From: Pelomyxa schiedti
Taxonomy: Eukaryota; Protista; Evosea
Direction: 5' to 3'
NCBI GenBank assembly: GCA_020536535.1
Contig: JAHLWZ010000792.1
Coordinates: forward strand, 153,031-217,030
DNA: 64,000 nucleotides
Part shown: positions 39,944 through 51,485 of the stretch, in pieces
Numbering within the stretch: position 1 is the stretch's first letter
Layout of the letters: every line of letters starts with the position of its first letter
The notes under the pieces: model-generated
The model's database searches: none
Told to the model about the DNA's origin: nothing
The model's input: the letters and a program-made list of their open reading frames with translations, nothing else
Translations under genes and position numbers: made by a program

Positions 39944-42900
39944 TTACAAGTCACGGCGAGAAACGAGGCAAGAATGGTGGTGGGATTTTACCACAACAGG
40001 CGTTTCGGAGTCTGTGAGTTGATATTTAGAATGAAACAGAACAAGGGGAAACATACCCAGAGCGAATCCATGCAGTTCCAAGTCGTCCATAAGGTTATCA
40101 ATGAGCTTCTGGGTTACACTCGGCATCACGTACACGTGGTTGAAGTTGCGGTTGTATTTCTGGTCACCCTCAGTCTCCTCCAGAGTCTCCCCACTAAGGC
40201 TGTACTTGAAGATAGTATCCTTGTGCGGTGCTCGGAAGCAAACAGCAAGTGCATTGGGATGGTGGATGATCCACAGGTCTCCCGGTTGTTCTGGGAGAGG
40301 AGGGTTGAGGGAGCGATTCTTTTGTTTTGGGTGTTAGCTTATTTAGTACTGATGGTTTTGGACCAACCCTCAGTTCTAATGCTTGAAGTCTCCTCGTAAA
40401 GTAATCAGCAAGATCCACACACGCTACTGCACGATCCGCAAGTTCTTCATGGGATGTAGAAGCAAGAGAATTCCAAACAAGCAAGGGGGTGAGCGCCGTT
40501 CTGGAGCCAGCGAATGTTGTATCTGGTGAACCGATATACTGGGGATCACCTGTGTTTGTTAGGAAGGGCAAAGGAAATTCGGAAGAAATACTTGGTGGGG
40601 TGATTTGGTATTTCGTCTGCAAGTTAAAGGTGTGTGAGATAAATTACACTGGGTGATGAGAAAGTTGTACCCTAGTCATAAAAAGACCGCCGGGTACGGC
40701 ACAGCCAAGGAATTTGTGGGACGAGTTGGAAATGGAATGGACCATCGGGAGAGTGAAGTCAAACTGCGGAAGTTTTCTTCCCCTCTACGGTGAAGGTAAG
40801 CCTTCAATCTTTTCGAAAAGATTTGTGCTTACCTGGCGGAGGAAAGGTACATAAGACCCTCCCAGGGCAGCATCAATATGGATCCAATAGCCATCCCTTA
40901 TCTCTGGACGGGTTGTTTCCCTCTTTACACCCCTTGGCCACATCTCTCGAGTTTCCATTCCGGTTTCAACGAGGATTTTTTTAATTTCGGGTACTGGAAG
41001 GAGTTAGGGGAAAAGACAAAGTCGCAAGACGGTATACATATTTCTTCCACTGGGTCATATCCCGACTTGAAAGTAGTCCCAATGTTGAGGATTATGAGGG
41101 GAGGATATTTCTTCTCGCAGAAGAACCTCACCAACTTGAATAAGAGGTCAGTTTGAATTGTACCCGGTCCTCTGCTCCCACCTGTCTTGAATTAAAATGA
41201 AAGGGATGAAAAAAAAATAGAAACCTGCAGCAGGAATGGTATCATTGTTAGGCCAGTTTCCATCAGCCGTTATTGGGCACCTCCAGGCATCACGGAATTT
41301 CTTCTTTGAGTGCATTAGCTTCCCCAGTTCCATGCAGGAGAAAATGCTCATCGTACGCAAACATTTCACAATTGAGTAATGAGTATCTTCACTGGAAAAA
41401 GGAGGTAAGGAACGGTAACAATGGCAGAAAATAAACCTGAAAAAAGCCACTGGGGTGAAAAACGGATCATGTGGTGCTCGAGGCTTTTTTGGTTTATGCG
41501 GCGTATCTGGTGGAGCAGCAGTTATCGCGAAAGGTAGACTTGGTCGGGGAGCGTGTTTAGGAACACTCTTCTTGGGAAGGACTCGTTGAGCATTTATCAA
41601 CGACACTCCAGAAAGGTAGTCACGGGCGTTGTATAGGCCATACATATTAGCCTCTGTTTCGTACGTCCATCAGAATCAATGTTAAACTGGGAAAAAGATT
41701 GAACCTGTTGAGCCCATTGTCAACATGTATCCCCAATAGGATTCAGGATTGGGTATAGTGTCCTCTGGGTTCCTTAGTTGGATCCCCCAAAGCCTGGCAA
41801 AATAGTTTAAGACATTTATCTCCAAGTGCTTTGTGTTCAACTTTTGGTAGTCCAAAAATTAGTACTTGAAAATTTGAAAATTAAGTCTACCGTGAGGTAG
41901 CCATTCTTGAAAGGGTCTCCAACGTTATTTGCTGGTATGCTAAAGCAGTCAATCATTTCGTCAGTTAGAGGCGCAATTGCTCTATTGATTTGATAGCCAA
42001 CGAAGTTGCCAAATTGTTGGCGAAGAAACATATCATTCAACTTGGTTTTTGTTAGTAAGGGAGAGTTATTTGCCACTCACCTTGAGCTTATGCATTCTAT
42101 CAATCTGACTAAGGCCGGTATCAGGGATAACAAAATTTTTCCAAGATGGTTGGTCCATAAGGGTTGGGTATGTTGTGTTCTTTCCCTGTTGCACTTGTGG
42201 CTCTGAAGGTGGGGGTACAGGTGGACTAGGCCCCTTCCTAGATTCCAATTGCACAAGACTCCCTAGCATTACAAAGAACTTGTCCATGGAGGAAAACAGA
42301 CAAAATTCATTTGCAGTGTGATAGACACTCTGGTCTGCAAATCCAACCATCTGTAACTTCACAGCGAGCTTATCCACCATGTCAGTGACAATTGGCACAG
42401 TCCCGAGCAGGGCAATCGAAGGTGCCGTACAACCTGCATCCCGGAGGGCATCCCGCACTACACGGTAGAAATCATCTTCTGGGCAGATGATTCCTTTGGC
42501 CATCGACTCACCGCATACGAAGTCAATAACAGGGAACTGCAAAGTGGTTTAATGACTCTCATTAGAGGAACCAGACTTACTTCGTCAATTTTTACTGGCG
42601 AAACATCCGTTGATGCACCTCGAAGCTTGTGAATGCTCTGCCATATCTCGGGATTTGCCTTGAGTACCTTGAAGTAGTCTTCGAGCTGTGTTTTCACTTT
42701 CGTCACCTGGGTTCTTATTACTTGTGTAGAAGAGAAGTATATTTAAGTAGATCAACAAACATCATATTTAGGAAGGACACGAATATCTCCTTGTAGAGTG
42801 AAAGTTGACGGAATCTGATTGCGAGCCAAATCTTTCTCTGTAGGGTCTCGCGGGGAAGTAGCTTTAAACGAACTCTCACAAGGATACTTGTGGTTTGTTT

Positions 42901-44038
42901 CCCAGTCGTGGTCACGTGGGCAAATATCTATGTTTAGTTAGAGCGAAAAACCACATGGTTCGAGTAGTACTAGTGTAAAAATGCGCCTGAAGTGCTATCA
43001 AAATATCATTTGCAACTTCAGTTGGATTCACTATCTCCATTGGGAATCCACTGTGCTTAGTAACCTTCGCCCCCTTTACAGTAATCTCCCAGCTTAAAAC
43101 ACCAGCATCCCCTTCAAAAATGTTAGTTATGGAACCAGCAACGAGGGTGTAAGTCATAGTACCACATGTTACAGTGTTCCCACAGGTGTCCACCCATAGA
43201 ACATCAGCCCCACGTAGAAATTCCAGTTTGCCATTATCCATCAACCAATCCGCACCTATTGGAGAAAGAAACACATATACATATTAAAACTAAATAAAAA
43301 ATTAAACTTATTTAAAAAACGTAAGCATACCACAATGAGCCTCCTCCTGTTCCTCGTCGCTAATAAATATAACAACTAGCTTGCACTTCAGCTCAACGCG
43401 ATGCAATGCCAGGTACTTCAGGAAGTAAGCCTGAACGGCGAGGTGGCCGAGGCAGTCAGTCGTACCCCTTCCGTACAAATAGTCCTGATCAGGAGGTGCA
43501 GCCTCTGACAACTTAAATGGGTTGTGTTCACAAACGGGATTGTCCCATTGGGCTGGATCAGCTGGCACCTGTTACCACGAAATCAATGAAACAATCACAA
43601 TCACAACAGAATAACAAAACGAAACGCGAAGTTAACTTACAACGTCCATGTGAGAGCCCATGATGCACAATACTGGAGCTGGGGGAGTGCATCCAGGATG
43701 AGAGTCGTATGTAAGAACTACGTTTGGTCTGTCCTTCAACTTAGGATTATCACTGCAGAGCTGCGAAAAGGAAAAAGTTATTCACGGTGTTGGTGGTGAT
43801 AACTCACTCGCTCGATTGTCAAGAAGGACCCTGGTTTCAGAACCGGAGCCAAATACTTGAGTAGCACCTGGTAGATGAGCTCCTCCTTGGGTGGCTCTTG
43901 GCCCGGCTTCAGGACTGAGGGGAGAATTGGAATGAAGTTTCAAAGAGAGAAACAAGATGCCTGACCCGTGTAGTTCTGAAGCCATAAGGTCTGGGCAATC
44001 AACTCTCGCAGAAGGCCGACGTATTCTAGTCGCTCCAT
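39944..44038 (-). CDS. Fusion of M20 acetylornithine-deacetylase-like amidohydrolase and group II PLP-dependent (histidine/serine-decarboxylase-like) decarboxylase
   Basis: M20 motifs GSHMDVVPA, GRGTTDCLGH, ISDEE, KHSG and YHTANE. Decarboxylase motifs FVGYQIN, NNVGDPF, YWGYMLTMGST, EDTHYS, NIGTTFK, WIHIDAA, SSHK (PLP lysine) and GSR. There is no stop between the two domains. Confidence 0.85.
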
Positions 44039-44215
44039 GAACCGTCAGAAAACCGACTTTTTGTTGTTTCGTCTGTTTGTGCCCTTTAAAAGAGTGTGGT
44101 CGGTTGGGAAAATTATTTTATAAAAAAATTACACTAAACGGTAAGAAGAGGGAATCCAGGCATTTGCGTTTTCGTAACGCACATCACAAATTGAAGGTGA
44201 AGAACGTGCATAGAA

Positions 44216-46613
44216 TCAAGAAAACAGAAGCCTAGCAGCGAAGAATCCCACTGTACACACAAGCACTGTGGACGTCAGCGTTGCCAATGCGCCTAGTATA
44301 GCATAGTGCATGGAGCTCAGGTATGGTTTCCCCCAGTCATCCTCGCATGTGGAACACACCGCATTTGGTATGGAAGATACTGCTAGTACCATTGAAGAAG
44401 AGCACGCCAATGCACAAACAAATGCGGCCAGCTCTGCTCCGGCGCCGGTGGGTCCACTAGTGTTTGAAACATCAAGTGGAACACAGCCGAGTGCTTCATC
44501 CCCTATTTGCACTGCAAGTGGCACCATGATCAAAGCAGCAACGGTGTGGGAAACGAATGTTGTGGCTGCTACAGTGGCTATAACGAGCTGTGCTTGTGCA
44601 CACCAAGCGGTAAACGGTGAGGCACATATAAACTCGGTACTATTAGTTAGCAGTTGAGGTGTTGATGTTGACGTTCTGGATCCAACACGCAGTAAATGCG
44701 CTAATACCTCTGATGCGACGGCAAGTGCTCCCGATGATCGTAAGGCAAGGGACAGCACTTTTCCACCTCCAACTAATACAAGTAAGTGCCATTGAAAAGC
44801 GGGGGTGATTCTTGGTGCTTCCAGCCACCGTGCTCCAAATACGATAACACAAAAGGCAAGTGATATAAGTCCCAAGTCGCCAATAACCGGTTTCGTAATA
44901 CCTATTGTTGCCCAGGCACCAACTGCCGCAGCACAAGTGCAAGCAGCCAGTATTCTTGTAGATAGCTTGGCGGTAGAATGTTTTTCTAGGTGCATTGCAA
45001 GAGGTAGTGATTTTATGATCAGGCGGCTGTGGTGATCAAACTTAGATTCCATAAATACTACATAAAGAGCCAAGGCACCCCAGGTTGCTAGGCATGCTGC
45101 AATCCCGAAAAGTAAAGCAGCGCAACACCACTTGCCAAATGATATGTCTCGATCTATGGCGTGAAGTGCTGATAGCGCTACCACGTTCTGGGGTGATGAA
45201 ACTGGAGATAGTGTTCCTCCTATATTGCATCCAAATGCGACACCAAGCACAAGGGCCCTAGAGTAAGGAGCTGTTGTAGGAAGATCCCGAAGAAGGGGCG
45301 TGATAACTGGAAGAATCAAAACAGGAGCAGTAGCCTACAATTGGTTGGCAATCTTTTATAGTCCTCTGCTTACATTACTGAGCCACATAGATAGAACCAT
45401 TCCGAAAATCATTACACTCAAAATATACACTCTAGGATGCTTGCTCAGACGGTTTTGCAGGACGCCAGCTAGAAAACGTTCTAGTCCGGTGATACTGCCA
45501 AAGCAAAGGTTTAGTTATAAGACAGTGAACTGCAACATACCCGAAGCACTCAGCCAGAGTAAAGCCGCCTAGCATCAGTATGGTTATGTGGTCGAACATA
45601 CTACTCATAACCAAAAGTGCGGACTCTTCAGTTGACTTGGTGTCTGGTGGTGTTAATTCGTGGGCATGAACGAAAAAAATTGTCCTCACCAAGAACTCCA
45701 AGCCATACAACCATAACAGGAACCATCAATGCTGTCGCAAAATATGGCAAAGCCTTGGAAACCTTGGCACTGTCAACTCAAGTTACAATTCACACTGTTT
45801 ACCCAAAGGGATACAATGAATCCTAGAAGTGCAAAACAAGAGTGCTCACGTGATTTATCTGGGGGCAAAAATGGAATAAAGAATATTGATACCCCACATA
45901 TCACAGACAATATTAGTCTCACAATTTTGAAGGTCCTCTCAGGCTGGAACAAAGATCATCACATAAGAAATAAGATCTGTTATACCGGAATAATTTGAAC
46001 ACTGAACTCTTCCCATTCTTCTGTGGAATATGGTAATAGAGATCTGAGACTTTCAACCAATGTAGAAATCTTGGCAGGGGAAGAAAAATTTTCCTTTTGT
46101 ATCCTCTCCATAAATCTGGGAAGTTCTTGGCACCCAGAAATTTTATCAAACTGGGGAGAGGTGTTACAAAGAATTTCTAGTATATCTCTCACCTTCTTGA
46201 CAATTTTTCGGAATCCAGTGAAATTTATGCTTCTATAGCTCTGGAGATTCCTAGCGTATTTGTAGCACTGTTCAACATTTCGTTTATCTTCCTTGTTAAC
46301 TGTTCTAACCTAACGCGCGTTACTAACAGCAATATTAATTTTTCCCAACCTTTTCCGTCAGTTTGTCAATTTCCGTCGCAAAAAACTGGCTCACGGTAGC
46401 AATATCCTCCTCTAGCAAAACAAAAAACTCTCTTTCCAGTGCACTCCTTTCCCCACATTCCCCATACTTTGGCATCAACGCGTCATTTTCACTGGGGCGC
46501 GAAACGGAGATCTCTTTGAGTCTTTGCAACTGCCTCTTTAGCCTGGCATATCTCAGGTAGTGCTCTCTCCATTCAACCACCGACGACACAGCCAACAACT
46601 TGCCGAACTTCAT
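44216..46613 (-). CDS. SPX domain + SLC13/DASS permease (Pho87/Pho90/Pho91-like phosphate transporter)
   Basis: MKFGKLL...WREHYLRYARLKRQL (SPX), about 12 hydrophobic helices, AFGCNIGGTLSPVSSPQN and SSIPNA. Confidence 0.9.
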
Positions 46614-47127
46614 TAAGATCGTCTGGATGATGTTGTTTTTTTTTTTTCGTGCATGTCAGCCGGCTTGCTTAGTCACCGACTCATAATTTTGGTCGCAATA
46701 CGAAGCCCACAATGCTACAACATTATGCCTATGCTTTCTTGTGGATGTCAATTGGCAAACACAGCCACTGGCACTTCGCAGTTGGATCTTGGTGGCTACC
46801 AAGAGTCACGACGTGATTACTGGTTCATGCGGAACAAAAAGGCTGAGCGGCCGTGCGTAATGCTTCGTGTAAATGTGATTACTGGTCTTTGGTGAAGCCT
46901 GATGGGGAATGCTGGGGAATCGGCATACGGTTTCGGCAGTATTGTATGTCTCAAAGAGAAGGAAACCAACAGAGAAGTCAAATCTGAAGGTCAAGCCAAT
47001 CTCTGACTCAGTTGCTGTGAATTTTTTTTCCTTTTTGACCTTTCTTTTTTGTGCCCCTCGTAGTGATTTTCGCTAAAACCCACTCAAGAGGAGCTGGTGT
47101 AAGTGACACCCCTCCCGTACGTCATCA

Positions 47128-48141
47128 ATGGCAGCAACTGCACCACGAACGGGTGGCAATCCCCCTCAATGTTTCAAGTGTGGAGCAAGTACGTAACTTC
47201 TACCGGCAAAGTCTCGTTGCATAACCAACCACCCACAACACCGTGTATATGGGTTGCTCGTTCTCCCTTTTGACCAAACTCTTCAGTTGGGCACGTGAAC
47301 TCCCAGTGTACCAAGGTAGTACCACTCGACCCACACCAGTGCACGAGGTGCGCTTCGTTTTTGCATAAGGTGTGTATGACTAAATTGTGGGATTGGTGAG
47401 GGTGCGGCCACAAACACCTTTGCGGGGGAAAGGGCTTATGGGAGTTTTTACCAAGTATTCACAAATGCGTAGGTGGCTGATTGCCCTGTAGTAAAAATGG
47501 AGGGACCCAAGTGCTTTACGTGTGGCGAATTGGGTCACACGGTTAGAATCATTTTATTTCACTGAATTGTTTAAATTTGACTAATGAAACAGGACGCTAA
47601 TTGCCCTCTTGATTTGAATGAATTTGTTGAGTGCTACAACTGTGGTCAGAAAGCCCACACGTACCACAAGTGCCCACAGGTCCGTTTTCTTTTTTAAGTT
47701 CTTATATATCCCGTTTACATCTTGACAGTTGTTGGAGTATTTCTGTGTTTGCATGGCCTGTGGAGAACTAGGCCATCTCCCAAATGACCCCAAGTGCAAG
47801 GCACCACCAGAAATTCAGGACAATTCACCCATTTGCTTCAAGTGTGTTGACCACTCCAAATTGAGACGCTAAACTCGAAAACTCTGACCTTCAAACAAAA
47901 CAGTTGCCGCCAACATGGGCACACTGCCCACAACTGCCCCACATTACCAGTACTCAAGCCCTTCTGCTACCGCTGTGGCTCAGATGAACACAACAACCAA
48001 GACTGCCCGAAAAAGAAAATCGAGGTATTCATGAATCCCGCCGTATCACGCCAACTAATTTAAATGCAGCCTGTGTGCTTTACTTGCAATCGCACCGGTC
48101 ACACAGCAAAGGATTGCCCCAATGATAAAATGGACGCCTGA
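47128..48141 (+). CDS. CNBP/Gis2-like multi-CCHC zinc-knuckle nucleic-acid-binding protein (many small exons)
   Basis: Repeated knuckles CFKCG, CFTCGELGH, CYNCGQKAHTYHKC, CMACGELGH, CRQHGHTAHNC, CYRCGSDEHNNQDC and CFTCNRTGHTAKDC. Confidence 0.8.
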
Positions 48142-48401
48142 TACGGCAAACACAAAAGAACCCTTCAAGTGTTTTTGTTGTCTTCGCTTTTTTCTTTTCT
48201 ATCGAAAATTGGCGACTTCTCGGCAGGAACTCGATGAAAACCCAGGGAAAAACTAACCCGCTTTCAACAAGATACAAGCGAATCCACCTCAGAGTAATTT
48301 AAGAACCGAACTCTGAGCGAGAATGATAACACAAAAAAACAAAAAGGAGATCAATAAAATCAATACTTACAAATAACAAGTCCACACCTAGTCGTAATAC
48401 A

Positions 48402-49541
48402 ATGGCATCAACACCAGCAGCACTCGCAAAAGAGAAGGGAAACAAGGCCTATGGTGAGGGAAACTATCGCGAGGCTATTAGGCACTACAGCGACGCAATC
48501 AAGTTCGAACCAAGAAACCACGTTTTCTACAGCAACAGATCTGCTGCTTACGCGTAACTTCATTCTCCGTTAAACACAACAAAGCCGCATTCAACACCAT
48601 TTTGTCTTGGTTGCTGGGGAACCTCTTTTTTTGTGGCCTCCCTTTTTCTTTCGCTTGATTCTGACATTTGATTCAGTGGCCTCGGTGAGTGGAAACAAGC
48701 ACTGGAGGACGCCAACCAATGCTTGAGCCTTAATGCTGCGTGGGGAAGGGGTTACTTCCGAAAAGGAGTTGCTCTCATTGGCCTCAGGCGCCTCGACGAG
48801 GCCAAGGCCGCTCTTACCCTCGGAATTCAGAAAGAACCTACTGTAAGCTTTGCACCTATCATTCAATCCATTTTACTTGCCACGTAGAACAACGAACTTC
48901 GAACCAAGTTGACCGAAGTTGAGGCGGAGCTAAGAAAACTGAATAAATTCATGGGCCCAGACGGGGTTGGTCTTTTGCCAGTTAAAACAATCAACTAAAT
49001 TAATTCCCAGAGACCCCTCCAAGGCTCTGCTCTTGCCAAGGCAGAGGGCAATGAACTCTTCCAAAACGGACAGTACGAGAAAGCAGCCGAGTTGTACACA
49101 AGGTACACCCGACTTTTTTTACTGGTATTATTGTAGGTGCATGACTCTTTCCCAGGGCTTTGGACCTTACAGCTGATGTCAAGGAGAAAGCAACCCTTTA
49201 CAACAACCGTGCTGCTTGCTGGTCACAATATGTGAGCATTTCCATTTATCTTCTGTCTCTAATTTGTTACCAGCAAAATTGGAGCAGAATGCTGGAAGAT
49301 TGCAATCTCTGCCTCGAACTTGATGCCAAGAACGTCAAGGCCCTGCTACGTAGAGGAATTGCCTTCGAGGGTCTTGAGAAGCACAGACTAGCCTTGGCCG
49401 GTATTTTTCCCTACCTCCCCTATGTACTTTTCATTTGGAAACTCACTTTTTTTTTTTGTAGACTTCAAGTCGGTTTTGGAGCTTGATCCGGCTTGCCACT
49501 CGGCATCTTCAGCAATTGCACGATTAAGCAGGCTCGTCTAA
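48402..49541 (+). CDS. Two-domain TPR co-chaperone-like protein (STI1/HOP-type TPR motifs)
   Basis: KEKGNKAY...YSNRSAAY...GYFRKG, followed by KAEGNELF...YNNRAAC...KALLRRG...[10 protein letters not shown]. Confidence 0.88.
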
Positions 49542-49632
49542 ACGGATTTATGTTGTAACACGCCAAATTAAATTTAGGGGTGTTTAAAAGAGAAATTTTT
49601 CTTATCTCTTCTATTGTTCTTTTTTTTTTGCC

Positions 49633-50842
49633 TTAAGTTTTGAGCATCCTTGTCCTTCTCACATAGTGCTTGGAAGCACTGGGTTGAAAATCCAACAAAG
49701 GGGATGATGACTGTGGTGGGGCAAAGATAGTGAGAGTCTCCTGTGAAAGTGTCTGTTGGTTTGTGGGTGTTTGGGTGCTGGATTTGTGGAATTCCAATGG
49801 TGAGGGTTCGTGGGTGGTTTGTGGGGTGGCTGGTGTGCCTGTGTCAGGTTTATTGGGTGAAGTGGGGGTCGTTGTGTGTGAGATTGTTTCGGGGCTGTTG
49901 TGGCGGGGAACTTTGTTTGTTTTGGGAGATTCGGGAGGTGTGCCGGTGCTAGTTCTTTTTCTTGGTGTTTGTGGCTCGCGTGGTGCGGCCGATTTGGGCT
50001 TGTTCTTTTTGTGGTCGTGTGGAACCGGGTGCTCTTTGGTGGGCTGAGACGGCTCTCTGAGGGCCGGCTTCGTTGCTTTGTTGGCTGCTTTGATTGGATG
50101 ACTACTAGTAGAGGGTTGCGTAGAAGAAGGTGTGGTCTGTTTGGGTGGCTGTGGTGAGGGAGCCCGAGAGGGTACTCGGGCATCAGATGACTGAGTTGGT
50201 GCCCCGATTTCCTCTTCAATGCAAAACTGGTCTACGGAATTGAATACGTCGTTCAAGGCTTTCACTTGAAGCTTCACGGCTTCTTCAAATGATGAAGTAC
50301 GAGAAAGCAGCAATACTTTCCCGTTGGCAGTTGCAGAAACTAGCGCGGCAGCATCGCTTTCATTTTCGGATTCGACGTCTTCACTGGAGCAGGGAGAAGC
50401 GCTTTGGGAGTTTCTGTTATCTTCACTGCCACTTTCAGCATCACTGTCACCGTGAATTTTCGGTGTTGTGCCGTCAGTGTGGGTGGTAGAGTTCTGCTTT
50501 AACATTGCATCAGTAAGCAGTGAAACAATTGATTGGGACCTATAGGCGTTTCTCTGGCCTCTTCTGTAGCAATTTCCACTAGAATGGAAGAATGAATTAA
50601 ATCAACACACCAATGTAATTACAGAATTAAAAAAATCAATACGTAGGGCAGAGAAAGACCCACAATTGTGAATCACTACCATCTACTGCCGCGTCCCCGT
50701 CTTTGACGGGAGCATCGCTCTTGGTTCCAGCGCTGCTCGTTGTGCTGCCAAATAAGCTGAAACAAGGTGACTGGATTGTGGGACACTCGACGATGCCGTC
50801 GTCCAGGTGCGTGGGTGATCCACGTTTGCTCCCCTTCGGCAT
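49633..50842 (-). CDS. Hypothetical low-complexity (S/T/P-rich) protein, two exons
   Basis: MPKGSKRGSP...WVFLCPT splices in frame to GNCYRRGQ..., which continues into the 290-aa ORF 49633-50505. Confidence 0.6.
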
Positions 50843-51027
50843 CTATTATTAGCCTCTTCTCGCTCCAGTCACCAGGCGCCAAGCCCAACGCGAAAGACGT
50901 CGAACACAACGAAATAGAATAGAAACGCTGGAAGTTTTGGTAGGTAGATTTTTGATGGTTCTGTACATAGGGGACAACCCTCCGTACACTCTCAACAGGG
51001 AGAGGAATGACAGCAGTCCTGAAACGC

Positions 51028-51413
51028 TCAGGAGTTGTCATAGATGTCCTCCTCAGGTTCCATAGAGATGTACCCTGGCTTGTCCTTGGCCCCGCCTCTG
51101 CCAGAGCCGCCACCGGTTTCCCTCGGGCACACCAGCATCGAGACCAAAGCGGCGGCGCACAGGCACGGCCACGTGAAGCAAACCACCGGGGGTGCGCAGT
51201 GGACTCCCCCGCAAGTGAACTTGCAGCACACCGGGCAGAAGTTGCAGTCCGGCTCCCCTACTGTGTGTGTCTGAGATGAGAATACTATACAGTATTGAGT
51301 GCGGGCATCCAGTCAGTGAGTGACTGGGTTTCTAACCGCCTGGTGGTGTTGTTGGGTTGATTTGTTGTTGTGTGCTCACTTTCCATCTGGACTGACAGCC
51401 GATCCCGGCTCAT
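51028..51413 (-). CDS. Small (about 88 aa) Cys-rich single-pass membrane protein with tyrosine-motif tail
   Basis: Exon 1 MSRDRLSVQME (51413-51380), a GTGAG donor, then exon 2 from 51260: IGEPDCNFCPVCCKFTC...VVCFTWPCLCAAALVSMLVC...GYISMEPEEDIYDNS*. Confidence 0.6.
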
Positions 51414-51485
51414 TTCGGGTGCACACCACGCCGTTTCGTTTGTTCGAGCGGTACCCAACTTGGGTTTTTCGCCTGTTTGGCTTTT

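Noticed and set aside
46653-47100. Intergenic stretch with repeated GTGATTACTGGT and short ORFs
   Set aside because: A single 12-bp repeat with no recognisable ncRNA motif or coding signal; probably promoter or UTR sequence.
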